Shown piece after piece: positions 1-7,467 of a DNA stretch of 32,000 nt. The position numbers were made by a program, and so were the translations under genes. The notes under the pieces are model-generated. The model searched no databases, was not told the origin of the DNA, and worked only from the letters and a program-made list of their open reading frames with translations. Each line of letters begins with the position of its first letter. Position 1 is the first letter of the stretch. The DNA is from Microcystis aeruginosa NIES-843 (lineage in GTDB: Bacteria > Cyanobacteriota > Cyanobacteriia > Cyanobacteriales > Microcystaceae): contig NC_010296.1 in assembly GCF_000010625.1 (NCBI RefSeq), positions 2,850,001 through 2,882,000 on the forward strand, written 5' to 3'.

Positions 1-240
1 GGAATCTTGCCCATACTGAGACATTCCCCGCAGTAAAAAAACCACTGCCCCCACCCCCGAAAGTGTCGCCAATGCTTGCACATTTCCCTCACCGATATAT
101 CTGGCCATTTGTCCGGCTAACCAAGCTAAAATCGGCCAAAATACCGTAAATCCGATCGTACAGATGAACGCCAAAATAATTGTTTGGGTTTGGGGACGGA
201 GATAGGGAATGAGGTTCCAATAACTAGAGCGAGATTTCAA
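1..240 (-). CDS. ABC exporter (MsbA-like permease/ATPase), N-terminal fragment running off the window
   Basis: The minus-strand frame is open from TTG 240..238 to the window edge, with an in-frame stop at 249..247. The translation KSRSSYWNLIPYLRPQTQTIILAFICTIGFTVFWPILAWLAGQMARYIGEG... resembles the first TM helix region of ABC exporter membrane domains. It is absent from the ORF track because it is truncated. Confidence 0.4.
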   Translation of the reverse strand, partial: MKSRSSYWNLIPYLRPQTQTIILAFICTIGFTVFWPILAWLAGQMARYIGEGNVQALATLSGVGAVVFLLRGMSQYGQDS

Positions 241-297
241 AATAATTTAGCGCCTTTAAATATAAGTATTCCTGCAAAATTAATTTGCTAGTCGAGA

Positions 298-378
298 CAG
301 TTATCAGTTATCAGTTATCAGTTATCAGTGGGTAAGTTATCAGTTATCAGTTATCAGTTATCAGTTATCAGTTATCAG
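298..378. repeat. Heptanucleotide tandem array (CAGTTAT)n, STRR-type
   Basis: Direct reading shows about 10 CAGTTAT units with one GTGGGTA interruption. Confidence 0.95.
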
Positions 379-430
379 ATTTAAGTTTTAAGTGAGCAGT
401 ATTAAATAGAAGTTTCCTACTGTCTTTTCA

Positions 431-514
431 CTGTTTACTGTTTACTGTTTACTGTTTACTGTTTACTGTTTACTGTTTACTGTTTACTGATCACTGATCA
501 CTGATTACTGTTTA
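431..514. repeat. Heptanucleotide tandem array (CTGTTTA)n grading into (CTGATCA)n
   Basis: Direct reading shows about 8 CTGTTTA units followed by CTGATCA variants. Confidence 0.95.
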
Positions 515-882
515 GACACTCTTTCACTTTGGCCAGAGGGGTTCTTCGGTTTGTGTTATGCAATGGACGGGAGTTATAAGGAGTGAAACCCTTATATAGA
601 AAGACATTGCTTCGATTTTTGCCAATTGTTTTCAATCTAGAACGAGCTAATCAATTAAGTCTTTTGCCAGATAAGGATTTAGCCGATTTCTGCCCCCTGA
701 TCGAACCATACCAAGTAACGAAGAACCGCCAGAGGTTTACTCAGAGGTATAATTAACTTTGCTTAGGTACTGAAGAAAAGGAGATTGACTAACAAATTTG
801 CTTAAGGGGTTAATCAGGATGTAGAGACGTTTGTAGTCCACGTCCCTACGATGTTTTCCAACAATACAAAGTTATGCTGCGA

Positions 883-1437
883 TTAAACCGCCACAGCTTG
901 ATGAATGTAGCCTAATTCCGTCAATTTGTTCCAGACTTTGGCGACACTTTCCTCTAAAGTCTCTAAATCGGTGCGGCATTCCACTTCCGGGTTAAAAGGT
1001 GGTTCATAGGGATCATCAATTCCCGTAAAAGACTTGATTTCGCCAGCACGCGCTCTTTTATATAATCCTTTCACATCGCGATCCTCACAGACGCTTAAGG
1101 GAGCATTCACGAAAACTTCGACAAAATTGCCGATTTTTCCCCGTACTTCCTCGCGAATCTCACGATAGGGAGAAATAGCCGAAACTAGGACAATTACACC
1201 GTGACGGGTGAGCAAATTAGACACAAAACCAATGCGACGGATATTTTCATCGCGATCCTCTTTACTAAATCCTAAACCTTTGGTGAGGTTCGTCCGTACT
1301 ATATCGCCATCGAGAACTTCAATGGAATAACCTTCAGCGATTAATTTTGCCTGTAATGCCTCGGTAATCGTGCTTTTCCCCGCACCGCTCAATCCCGTTA
1401 ACCAAACCGTCACGCCGCGCTGTTTCATAGCAACCAT
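883..1437 (-). CDS. cysC: Adenylylsulfate (APS) kinase
   Basis: 184 aa. It has the P-loop [16 protein letters not shown] and the typical APS kinase length and sequence throughout. Confidence 0.93.
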   Translation of the reverse strand: MVAMKQRGVTVWLTGLSGAGKSTITEALQAKLIAEGYSIEVLDGDIVRTNLTKGLGFSKEDRDENIRRIGFVSNLLTRHGVIVLVSAISPYREIREEVRGKIGNFVEVFVNAPLSVCEDRDVKGLYKRARAGEIKSFTGIDDPYEPPFNPEVECRTDLETLEESVAKVWNKLTELGYIHQAVAV

Positions 1438-1477
1438 TAATAATACTTAAATCCTGTTTAGCGTACCATATCTCAGG

Positions 1478-1557
1478 GATCAGTGATCAGGAGATAGGAG
1501 ATAGGAGTCAGGAGATAGGAGTCAGGAGCCGGTCGTCAGGAGATAGGAGATAGGAGA
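1478..1557. repeat. Heptanucleotide tandem array (GGAGATA/GGAGTCA)n
   Basis: Direct reading of the sequence. Confidence 0.9.
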
Positions 1558-1572
1558 TTATTTTATTTATTC

Positions 1573-1728
1573 TCCCCACACCCCACCTCCCCATTCCCCC
1601 TCCCCACACCCCACCTCCCCACTTCCCACTTCCCCACTTCCCCACACCCCACTTCCCACTTCCCACTTCCCCACTTCCCACTTCCCCACTTCCCCACTTC
1701 CCACTTCCCCACTTCCCCACTTCCCCAA
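1573..1728. repeat. C-rich hexa/heptanucleotide tandem array (CCCCACT/TCCCACT/CCCCACA)n
   Basis: Direct reading of the sequence. The array generates three spurious G/W/K/E-rich minus-strand ORFs in the track. Confidence 0.95.
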
Positions 1729-1788
1729 CCTGATTGAAACAAACAACCTGTCACCACGATCACTGATAATGTATGTTGAGTTACTGTC

Positions 1789-3969
1789 TTGAATAAGGTA
1801 ATGTTTAAGAAATTCCCCCCTCACACCCCGCTCATTCTTGGACTAGGTTCTGGGGTTGCGCTTTTTACTCTCACCAGTCTCTTTCTCTTTCACCCGAAAA
1901 TTCTCGCTTGGCTCGATCGCAATAGTGCGTCGCTTCCTAGCCAAGATCCTAACCAACCCTCTGCCGTGGTTGATAGCGCTTCTTTACCACAAACCGAGCG
2001 AGATGTCAAGTTAAAAGATGTTGCCGATGCCAACGCGCCCTCTTTAGATCGTAGTCGCGCCCGCTATCTCCTGGCCATGGATTTATTGAGAAAATATGAA
2101 GGGGGTCCGGCTTTAAAACAATTAGAAGGCTTAGAAAAACAATATCCTGTCCTCGCTCCCCAGATTCTCCTCAAACAGGGACGCGCCCACGAATTAAGCA
2201 ACGATAGTGAAAAAGCGCAAGAAATTTGGCAAAAATTACTGGAAACCTATCCCCAATCGCCCGTAGTGGCCGAAGCTTACTACTCTTTGGGCAAATACGA
2301 CCCCAGTTATCATGAAAAATTGCTCAAGGAATACCCCCGACACCCGCGTACTTTGGCTTTAATTCGCCAACGTCTTCAAGAAAATCCCGATCAATTTCCC
2401 TTATGGTTGCAGTTAGCCAAGGCTAATCCTTTTGATCCTACCCTCAATCAGGCCCGCGATCGTTTGGTGAAAGACTACGCCGAGCAGTTAACTCCGGCGG
2501 ATTGGGCAATGATTGGGGCAGGTTATTGGCAGTCGGGATTGTACGAAAAAGCCTATAAAGCCTACGCTAAAGCCACTCCTAGCCCCGAACAAGCCTATCG
2601 TTACGCCCGCGGGCTACAAATTGCCAAAAAACTGCCAGAAGCTCGCAGCGCTTACCAAAAATTAATTAAAACCTATCCCCAGGCCTCAGAAACCGGTTTG
2701 GGATTACTGCGACTCGCCCAAATTTCTCCTAACCGCGATGCCATAGCATATCTCGATCGCATTGTCAAGCAATTTCCCGATCGCGCCCCGGAAGCTTTGG
2801 AAGCGAAAGCCAAATTACTCAACTCAACTAATGCCCAGGCCGCTAGTCAAACATGGCAAACTTTATTAAATAAATACCCAAAATCCGACGAAGCCGCCGA
2901 TTATCGCTGGTTAATGGCCCAAAGAGCCGCTAAATCCGGTGATTACGCCAAGGCGTGGCAGTGGGCGCAGCCAATTGCGGTTAATAATTCCGATAGTCAA
3001 ACTGCCCCGAAAGCAGCCTTTTGGGTGGGAAAATGGGCGCAAAAACTCGGCAAAAACCAAGAAGCAAAACAAGCTTTTACCTACACTATTTCTCGTCATC
3101 CCCATTCCTATTATGCTTGGCGCTCGGCGGTTTTATTAGGTTGGGACGTGGGGGATTTTACCACTGTCCGCTCCTATAATCCTACCACCGTCAAACCCGC
3201 CACTCGTAACGATCCCCCCGCTGGTTCGGAAGCTTTCAAGGAATTATATCGAATTGGTGAAGATACGGACGCTTGGAATCTCTGGCAAGCAGAAATTGTC
3301 GATCCTTGGAATTTAACCGTTGACGAACAATTTAACCTCGGTGTCTATAAACTCTCTCGCAATCAAAATTTAGAAGGAATTAACCTGATTTGGCGCTTGC
3401 GAGAAAGAGATACCCCGGAGGAAAAGAAAGCCTGGAAACTCCTGCGACAAAATGATAAATACTGGCACGCTTTATTCCCTTTCCCCTACTACGATACCAT
3501 CCTGCAATGGTCAAAAGATAGACAATTAAATCCCCTGCTAGTGACGGCTTTAATCCGGCAAGAATCCCGCTTTGAAAAAGAAATTCGTTCTCCTGTGGGG
3601 GCAGTGGGATTAATGCAAATTATGCCCGATACGGGTAAATATATCGCGGGTAATACTGGCAATAAAAGTTATTCTTTAACTAATCCCGAAGATAACATTA
3701 TGATGGGGACATGGTATCTCGATTATACCCACGGTAAATTCGCTGGAAATTCACTTTTTGCTGTGGCTAGTTATAACGCCGGACCTGGGGCAGTTTCCAA
3801 ATGGAGACAGCGTTTTGATTTTAGCGATCCCGATGAATTTGTTGAGAATATTCCCTTTAGAGAAACTAAGGGTTATATAGAATCGGTGTTTGGTAATTAT
3901 TGGAATTATCTCCAGATTTATAACCCCGAAATTCAAGAGCAAATGAACAGAATTGCTAACCCTTCCTAG
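1789..3969 (+). CDS. slt: Soluble lytic murein transglycosylase (Slt70-like)
   Basis: 726 aa. It has an N-terminal hydrophobic anchor or signal and a long helical-repeat region. The C-terminal SLT domain shows LIRQESRFE (catalytic Glu), GLMQIMP and SYNAGPG. The start could be Met5. Confidence 0.88.
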   Translation: MNKVMFKKFPPHTPLILGLGSGVALFTLTSLFLFHPKILAWLDRNSASLPSQDPNQPSAVVDSASLPQTERDVKLKDVADANAPSLDRSRARYLLAMDLLRKYEGGPALKQLEGLEKQYPVLAPQILLKQGRAHELSNDSEKAQEIWQKLLETYPQSPVVAEAYYSLGKYDPSYHEKLLKEYPRHPRTLALIRQRLQENPDQFPLWLQLAKANPFDPTLNQARDRLVKDYAEQLTPADWAMIGAGYWQSGLYEKAYKAYAKATPSPEQAYRYARGLQIAKKLPEARSAYQKLIKTYPQASETGLGLLRLAQISPNRDAIAYLDRIVKQFPDRAPEALEAKAKLLNSTNAQAASQTWQTLLNKYPKSDEAADYRWLMAQRAAKSGDYAKAWQWAQPIAVNNSDSQTAPKAAFWVGKWAQKLGKNQEAKQAFTYTISRHPHSYYAWRSAVLLGWDVGDFTTVRSYNPTTVKPATRNDPPAGSEAFKELYRIGEDTDAWNLWQAEIVDPWNLTVDEQFNLGVYKLSRNQNLEGINLIWRLRERDTPEEKKAWKLLRQNDKYWHALFPFPYYDTILQWSKDRQLNPLLVTALIRQESRFEKEIRSPVGAVGLMQIMPDTGKYIAGNTGNKSYSLTNPEDNIMMGTWYLDYTHGKFAGNSLFAVASYNAGPGAVSKWRQRFDFSDPDEFVENIPFRETKGYIESVFGNYWNYLQIYNPEIQEQMNRIANPS

Positions 3970-4031
3970 GGAATTGATGGGGATGGGTAATTAACTCATT
4001 CCCTTAAGTAAGTAGGGAGGCACAATTATTT

Positions 4032-4099
4032 GTAGGATGGGTTAGCGGTAGCGTAACATAATCGGGCGTTGGGTTTCATGCTTCAACCCAACCTACGTT
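4032..4099. repeat. REP-like doublet: two GTAGG-hairpin elements in inverted orientation
   Basis: GTAGGATGGGTT at 4032 pairs with AACCCAACCTAC ending at 4096. The right half (4063..4099) is the exact reverse complement of 19775..19811. The doublet is flanked by direct repeats CTCATTCCCTTAA at 3995 and 4100. Confidence 0.7.
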
Positions 4100-4110
4100 C
4101 TCATTCCCTT

Positions 4111-4270
4111 AAAGTTATAATTAAATTGAAGATATATCCCCCCTTAATCCCCCCTTAATAAGGGGTGTGCCGATCCCCCCTGCCCCCCTTGATAAGGGGG
4201 GTGCCGATAGGCGGGGGGATCCCCCTTAATAAGGGGGGCATCTGACAGTTTTTAACACCTAGCTACTTAC
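4111..4270 (+). mobile_element. MITE copy A (G/C-tract family: GGGGGGATCCCCCC / CCCCTTATCAAGGGG modules, TAAGTAG-type termini)
   Basis: Near-identical to the reverse complement of 5133..5300 and similar to 13165..13320 and 28642..28739+30158..30227. The left terminus appears degraded. Confidence 0.8.
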
Positions 4271-4287
4271 TAACTTTTTTCCTAATT

Positions 4288-5118
4288 ATGCAATCATTTA
4301 ACTGGCAAACCGTCGATCGAGATTCTCCTTTTACTCGCCTAGATTTTCGGACAAAATTAACCATGATGATCGTGGTTACTCTCATCGCTTTTACTTGGGA
4401 AAGTCCCCTCGCTGGCGGTTTGCTAACTCTTATTGTCGCTTTAGCTTGTCTCTGGGCTGGGGTAAAATGGTCTTATCTCCTCACCATTTTAAAATTCATG
4501 GCTCCTTTTTATCTATTCTTATTAATTACCATGGGATTTTTTAATGTAGAACAGGTAAAAGCTTTAACGGGAAAAACTGAATTAACTCCCTTATTAACTG
4601 TCGGTTCTACTCAAATGACTGTCGAGGGAACCCTCTACGGTTTAAATGTGATCTTTAAAACTCTCACCATGGTTTTAATTATTCCCCTCGCTATTTTTAC
4701 CACTGATATAAATCAGATGATGGTGAGTTTAACTAAAGCCAGAATTCCTTACAAAATAGTCTTTATTTTTTCCTCTACCCTGCGCTTATTTCCTCTCCTA
4801 GTAGAAGAATCCCGATCGATTATTTCTGCTCAAAGATTACGAGGATTAGCAATAGAAAAAATGGGTTGGTTACAAAAAGGAAAAATTTACGCTTCTATCG
4901 CTGTACCTTTAATTTTAAACGCTATGGCTAAATCGCAAAAATTAGAGGTAGTTCTACAAGCTAAAGCTTTCTCTGGTGATCCTAATCGCACATTTTTACA
5001 GGAATCAATCTTAACCAATAAAGACTATTTATTAATTATTGGCTTTCTATTTTTATTGGTTTTGGCAATTATTCTCTATGTAAAATTCGGGGTGGGAAAA
5101 TTTGCCTGGTTGTTTTAA
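4288..5118 (+). CDS. ecfT: ECF transporter transmembrane (T) component, CbiQ/EcfT family
   Basis: 276 aa and polytopic. It has the N-terminal LDFRTKL motif and the LRLFPLLVEESRSIISAQRLRG coupling-helix region characteristic of CbiQ/EcfT. No A or S component lies nearby. Confidence 0.75.
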   Translation: MQSFNWQTVDRDSPFTRLDFRTKLTMMIVVTLIAFTWESPLAGGLLTLIVALACLWAGVKWSYLLTILKFMAPFYLFLLITMGFFNVEQVKALTGKTELTPLLTVGSTQMTVEGTLYGLNVIFKTLTMVLIIPLAIFTTDINQMMVSLTKARIPYKIVFIFSSTLRLFPLLVEESRSIISAQRLRGLAIEKMGWLQKGKIYASIAVPLILNAMAKSQKLEVVLQAKAFSGDPNRTFLQESILTNKDYLLIIGFLFLLVLAIILYVKFGVGKFAWLF

Positions 5119-5132
5119 AATTAATCCCTATT

Positions 5133-5300
5133 GTAAGTAGTTAGGTGTTAAAAACTATCAGTTTCCCCCCTTATCAAGGGGGATCCCCCCGCCTATCGGC
5201 ACCCCCCTTATCAAGGGGGGCAGGGGGGATCGGCACACCCCTTATTAAGGGGGGATTAAGGGGGGATCTATCTTCAATTTAATTCTAACCAGCTACTTAT
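5133..5300 (-). mobile_element. MITE copy B (same family, inverted relative to copy A)
   Basis: The reverse complement aligns almost base-for-base with 4111..4270. Termini are GTAAGTAGTTAGGTG and CCAGCTACTTAT. Confidence 0.85.
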
Positions 5301-5873
5301 AGCTCGATCGATCTGGGTATATAAAGCTTCTAAATCCCCGGAATTGTCTAAAACAATATCAGCTAAGGCAATTTTTTCGGCTAAAGGCATTTGATTATTA
5401 ATCCGAGCGATCGCTTGTTCCCTAGTTAAGTTATTCCTAGTCATTAAGCGTTGAATTTGTTGCTCAAAACCGCAGGAAACCACCCAAATCTCTGTGACTA
5501 AATGGGTTAGTTTGGCTTCCAATAATAAAGGAACAGAAAAAACAACTATCGGGGCTTCTAACTGCTCTAAATGCCGCTTAAAACATTCTCTAACGTAGGG
5601 ATGAATCTGACTTTCTAACCAGATTTTTTCCTCGGGATTATTAAAAATAATCTCTCCTAACTGTTGGCGATTAAGGGAATTATCCTCAGTTTTAACTTTT
5701 CTGCCATAACGCTGAAAAATTCTCTCTAAAATTGCCGAACCTTTTTCCACTGCTTCCCGGGCATAAATATCCGCATCAAGGACAGGAATTTTGTAGATAT
5801 TTTCTAAATAATTGGAAACCGTGGATTTACCACAAGCTATTCCCCCTGTTAACCCGATAATTCTTCTCGACAT
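5274..5873 (-). CDS. coaE: Dephospho-CoA kinase
   Basis: 199 aa with IGLTGGIACGKST P-loop and family-typical length and sequence. The last 8 codons plus the stop lie inside MITE copy B. Confidence 0.9.
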   Translation of the reverse strand: MSRRIIGLTGGIACGKSTVSNYLENIYKIPVLDADIYAREAVEKGSAILERIFQRYGRKVKTEDNSLNRQQLGEIIFNNPEEKIWLESQIHPYVRECFKRHLEQLEAPIVVFSVPLLLEAKLTHLVTEIWVVSCGFEQQIQRLMTRNNLTREQAIARINNQMPLAEKIALADIVLDNSGDLEALYTQIDRAISSWLELN

Positions 5874-5899
5874 AAATTATTAAATTGCTAATCTCAATT

Positions 5900-6107
5900 A
5901 AGGTGCGTTACGCGCTCGCTAACACACCCTACGGTTATAAACTCTCTATCTAAGGTGCGTTACGCGCTCGCTAACACACCCTACGGTTATAAACCCTCTA
6001 TCTAAGGTGCGTTACGCGCTCGCTAACACACCCTACGGTTATAAACCCTCTATCTAAGGTGCGTTACGCGCTCGCTAACACACCCTACGGTTATAAACTC
6101 TCTATCT
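5900..6107. repeat. 52-bp tandem repeat x4, each unit a 35-bp GTAGG-hairpin element plus a 17-bp copy of the purC 3' end
   Basis: Units lie at 5900, 5952, 6004 and 6056. The unit is AAGGTGCGTTACGCGCTCGCTAACACACCCTACGG+TTATAAAC[T/C]CTCTATCT. The last unit contains the real purC stop at 6091..6093. Confidence 0.95.
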
Positions 6108-6834
6108 GTTGTAAAACTCTTGCTTGTACTTGTTGATAGGCAGTTTCCACATCTCCTAAATCGCGACGAAAACGATCCTTATCGAGAATGCGCGCTTGGG
6201 CATCCTCTTGGGTTTTATCCCAGAGACGACAGGTATCGGGGCTAATTTCATCACCTAGATAAATTTTGCCCGTTTTATCAACTCCAAATTCTAACTTGAA
6301 ATCGACGAGAATAATCTGGCACTTATCGAAAAATTCTTGCAGATATTGATTGATTTGCAGGGCTAAATCTCGTAACTGATTGACTTGCTCCTCGCTGGCA
6401 ATATCGATCACTTTTATGCGATCGGGCGTTAACAAAGGATCGCCTAAAGCATCGTCCTTGAGATAAAATTCTACAAGAGGAAAAGGTAAAACTTTCCCCT
6501 CCTTTAATCCCGTTTGCTTGCACAAACTCCCGGCAGCGATATTTCTGACTACTACCTCCAAAGGAATAATTTTAATCGCCTTGACGCGCATTTCCCTAGA
6601 ACTAGGGCGATCGATATAATGGGTAGGTATTCCTAGGGATTCTAACCATTGAAATAGGGCAGTGGAGACAGTACAGTTAATTTCCCCTTTACCGACAATT
6701 TGCCCGCGTTTTTGGGCATTAAAAGCGGTGGCATCGTCTTTGTAATAAGTGAGGAGAATATCAGGATCATCGGTTTGATAGAGAATTTTGGCCTTACCTT
6801 CATAGAGTTTTTCCATAGTTATCATCCTCGGCAA
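6091..6834 (-). CDS. purC: Phosphoribosylaminoimidazole-succinocarboxamide (SAICAR) synthase
   Basis: 247 aa. It shows LYEGKAKILY, the DDATAFN region and family-typical sequence throughout. Confidence 0.93.
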   Translation of the reverse strand: MPRMITMEKLYEGKAKILYQTDDPDILLTYYKDDATAFNAQKRGQIVGKGEINCTVSTALFQWLESLGIPTHYIDRPSSREMRVKAIKIIPLEVVVRNIAAGSLCKQTGLKEGKVLPFPLVEFYLKDDALGDPLLTPDRIKVIDIASEEQVNQLRDLALQINQYLQEFFDKCQIILVDFKLEFGVDKTGKIYLGDEISPDTCRLWDKTQEDAQARILDKDRFRRDLGDVETAYQQVQARVLQQIESL

Positions 6835-7153
6835 TTGATAAACGAAAATCGATGGTTAATCAGATAGTGGCGGCAGTAAATTTTGGCGATCAACCCAGGC
6901 AAAAAGTCTCTATCATTGGGTAGATGATCGTTGAGAAAAATAATGTATAATTGCAGCTTAAAGATAACTGTCAACATTTGACGATCGAACCTTAACCTAT
7001 AACCAAAAAGTGTCACGATACCAGGGGTCAACTTTTGGCGAATCAGCCAAGTTTTTACTTAAATCCTCAATCATAGCCAACAATTGATATTATCTCCCAT
7101 TACCATTACCGAAAAATCTAAAGAAATTCCGAAAAATTACCCGCCGTCGCCCT

Positions 7154-7450
7154 ATGAATCAGAATCCTCCTAACGATGATAACCCGAATCTCCCCGATCG
7201 CCGCAAGGAGGATTTTCTCTATCCTCGCGCGCCCTACTATGGGGAATTTAAGCCAGAAAACTTGCTATTTAACGCCAATTTACAGGAATTTGCCCAAAAA
7301 GTCAGTTTTATTTGTAATCTGGAAACGGGGGGCAAAATCAGTTCTCTAGAAGCCTATCAAAAAATTAAAGCCCTCTGGAAAGACTTAAAACAGAGCAAAA
7401 AAGGCCTAGGCATTGGGGAAAATCCCTTTCAAAAAGATGACGATACCTAA
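7154..7450 (+). CDS. Small hypothetical protein (98 aa)
   Basis: A clean ORF with a plausible globular C-terminal half. No family was recognised. Confidence 0.45.
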   Translation: MNQNPPNDDNPNLPDRRKEDFLYPRAPYYGEFKPENLLFNANLQEFAQKVSFICNLETGGKISSLEAYQKIKALWKDLKQSKKGLGIGENPFQKDDDT

Positions 7451-7467
7451 AGGATAATCAAGAAAAA

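Noticed and set aside
1508-1824. Three overlapping minus-strand ORFs (70, 66 and 85 aa) rich in G/W/K/E/S/V
   Set aside because: They are translations of the C-rich heptanucleotide tandem array read in all three frames. They have no start context or protein-like composition.
4032-4099. Structured GC-rich segment considered as a possible tRNA or small RNA gene
   Set aside because: It has no cloverleaf, no T-loop GTTCGAATC or D-loop consensus. The same 37-mer recurs in the other orientation at 19775..19811, so it is a dispersed repeat.
5900-6107. Regularly spaced 35-bp palindromic repeats that could be mistaken for a CRISPR array
   Set aside because: The 17-bp 'spacers' are essentially identical to each other and to the purC 3' end. 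No cas genes or leader are present. It is a tandem duplication.
6822-7031. 69-aa minus-strand ORF upstream of purC
   Set aside because: It overlaps the purC start out of frame, matches no family, and lies in a divergent promoter region.
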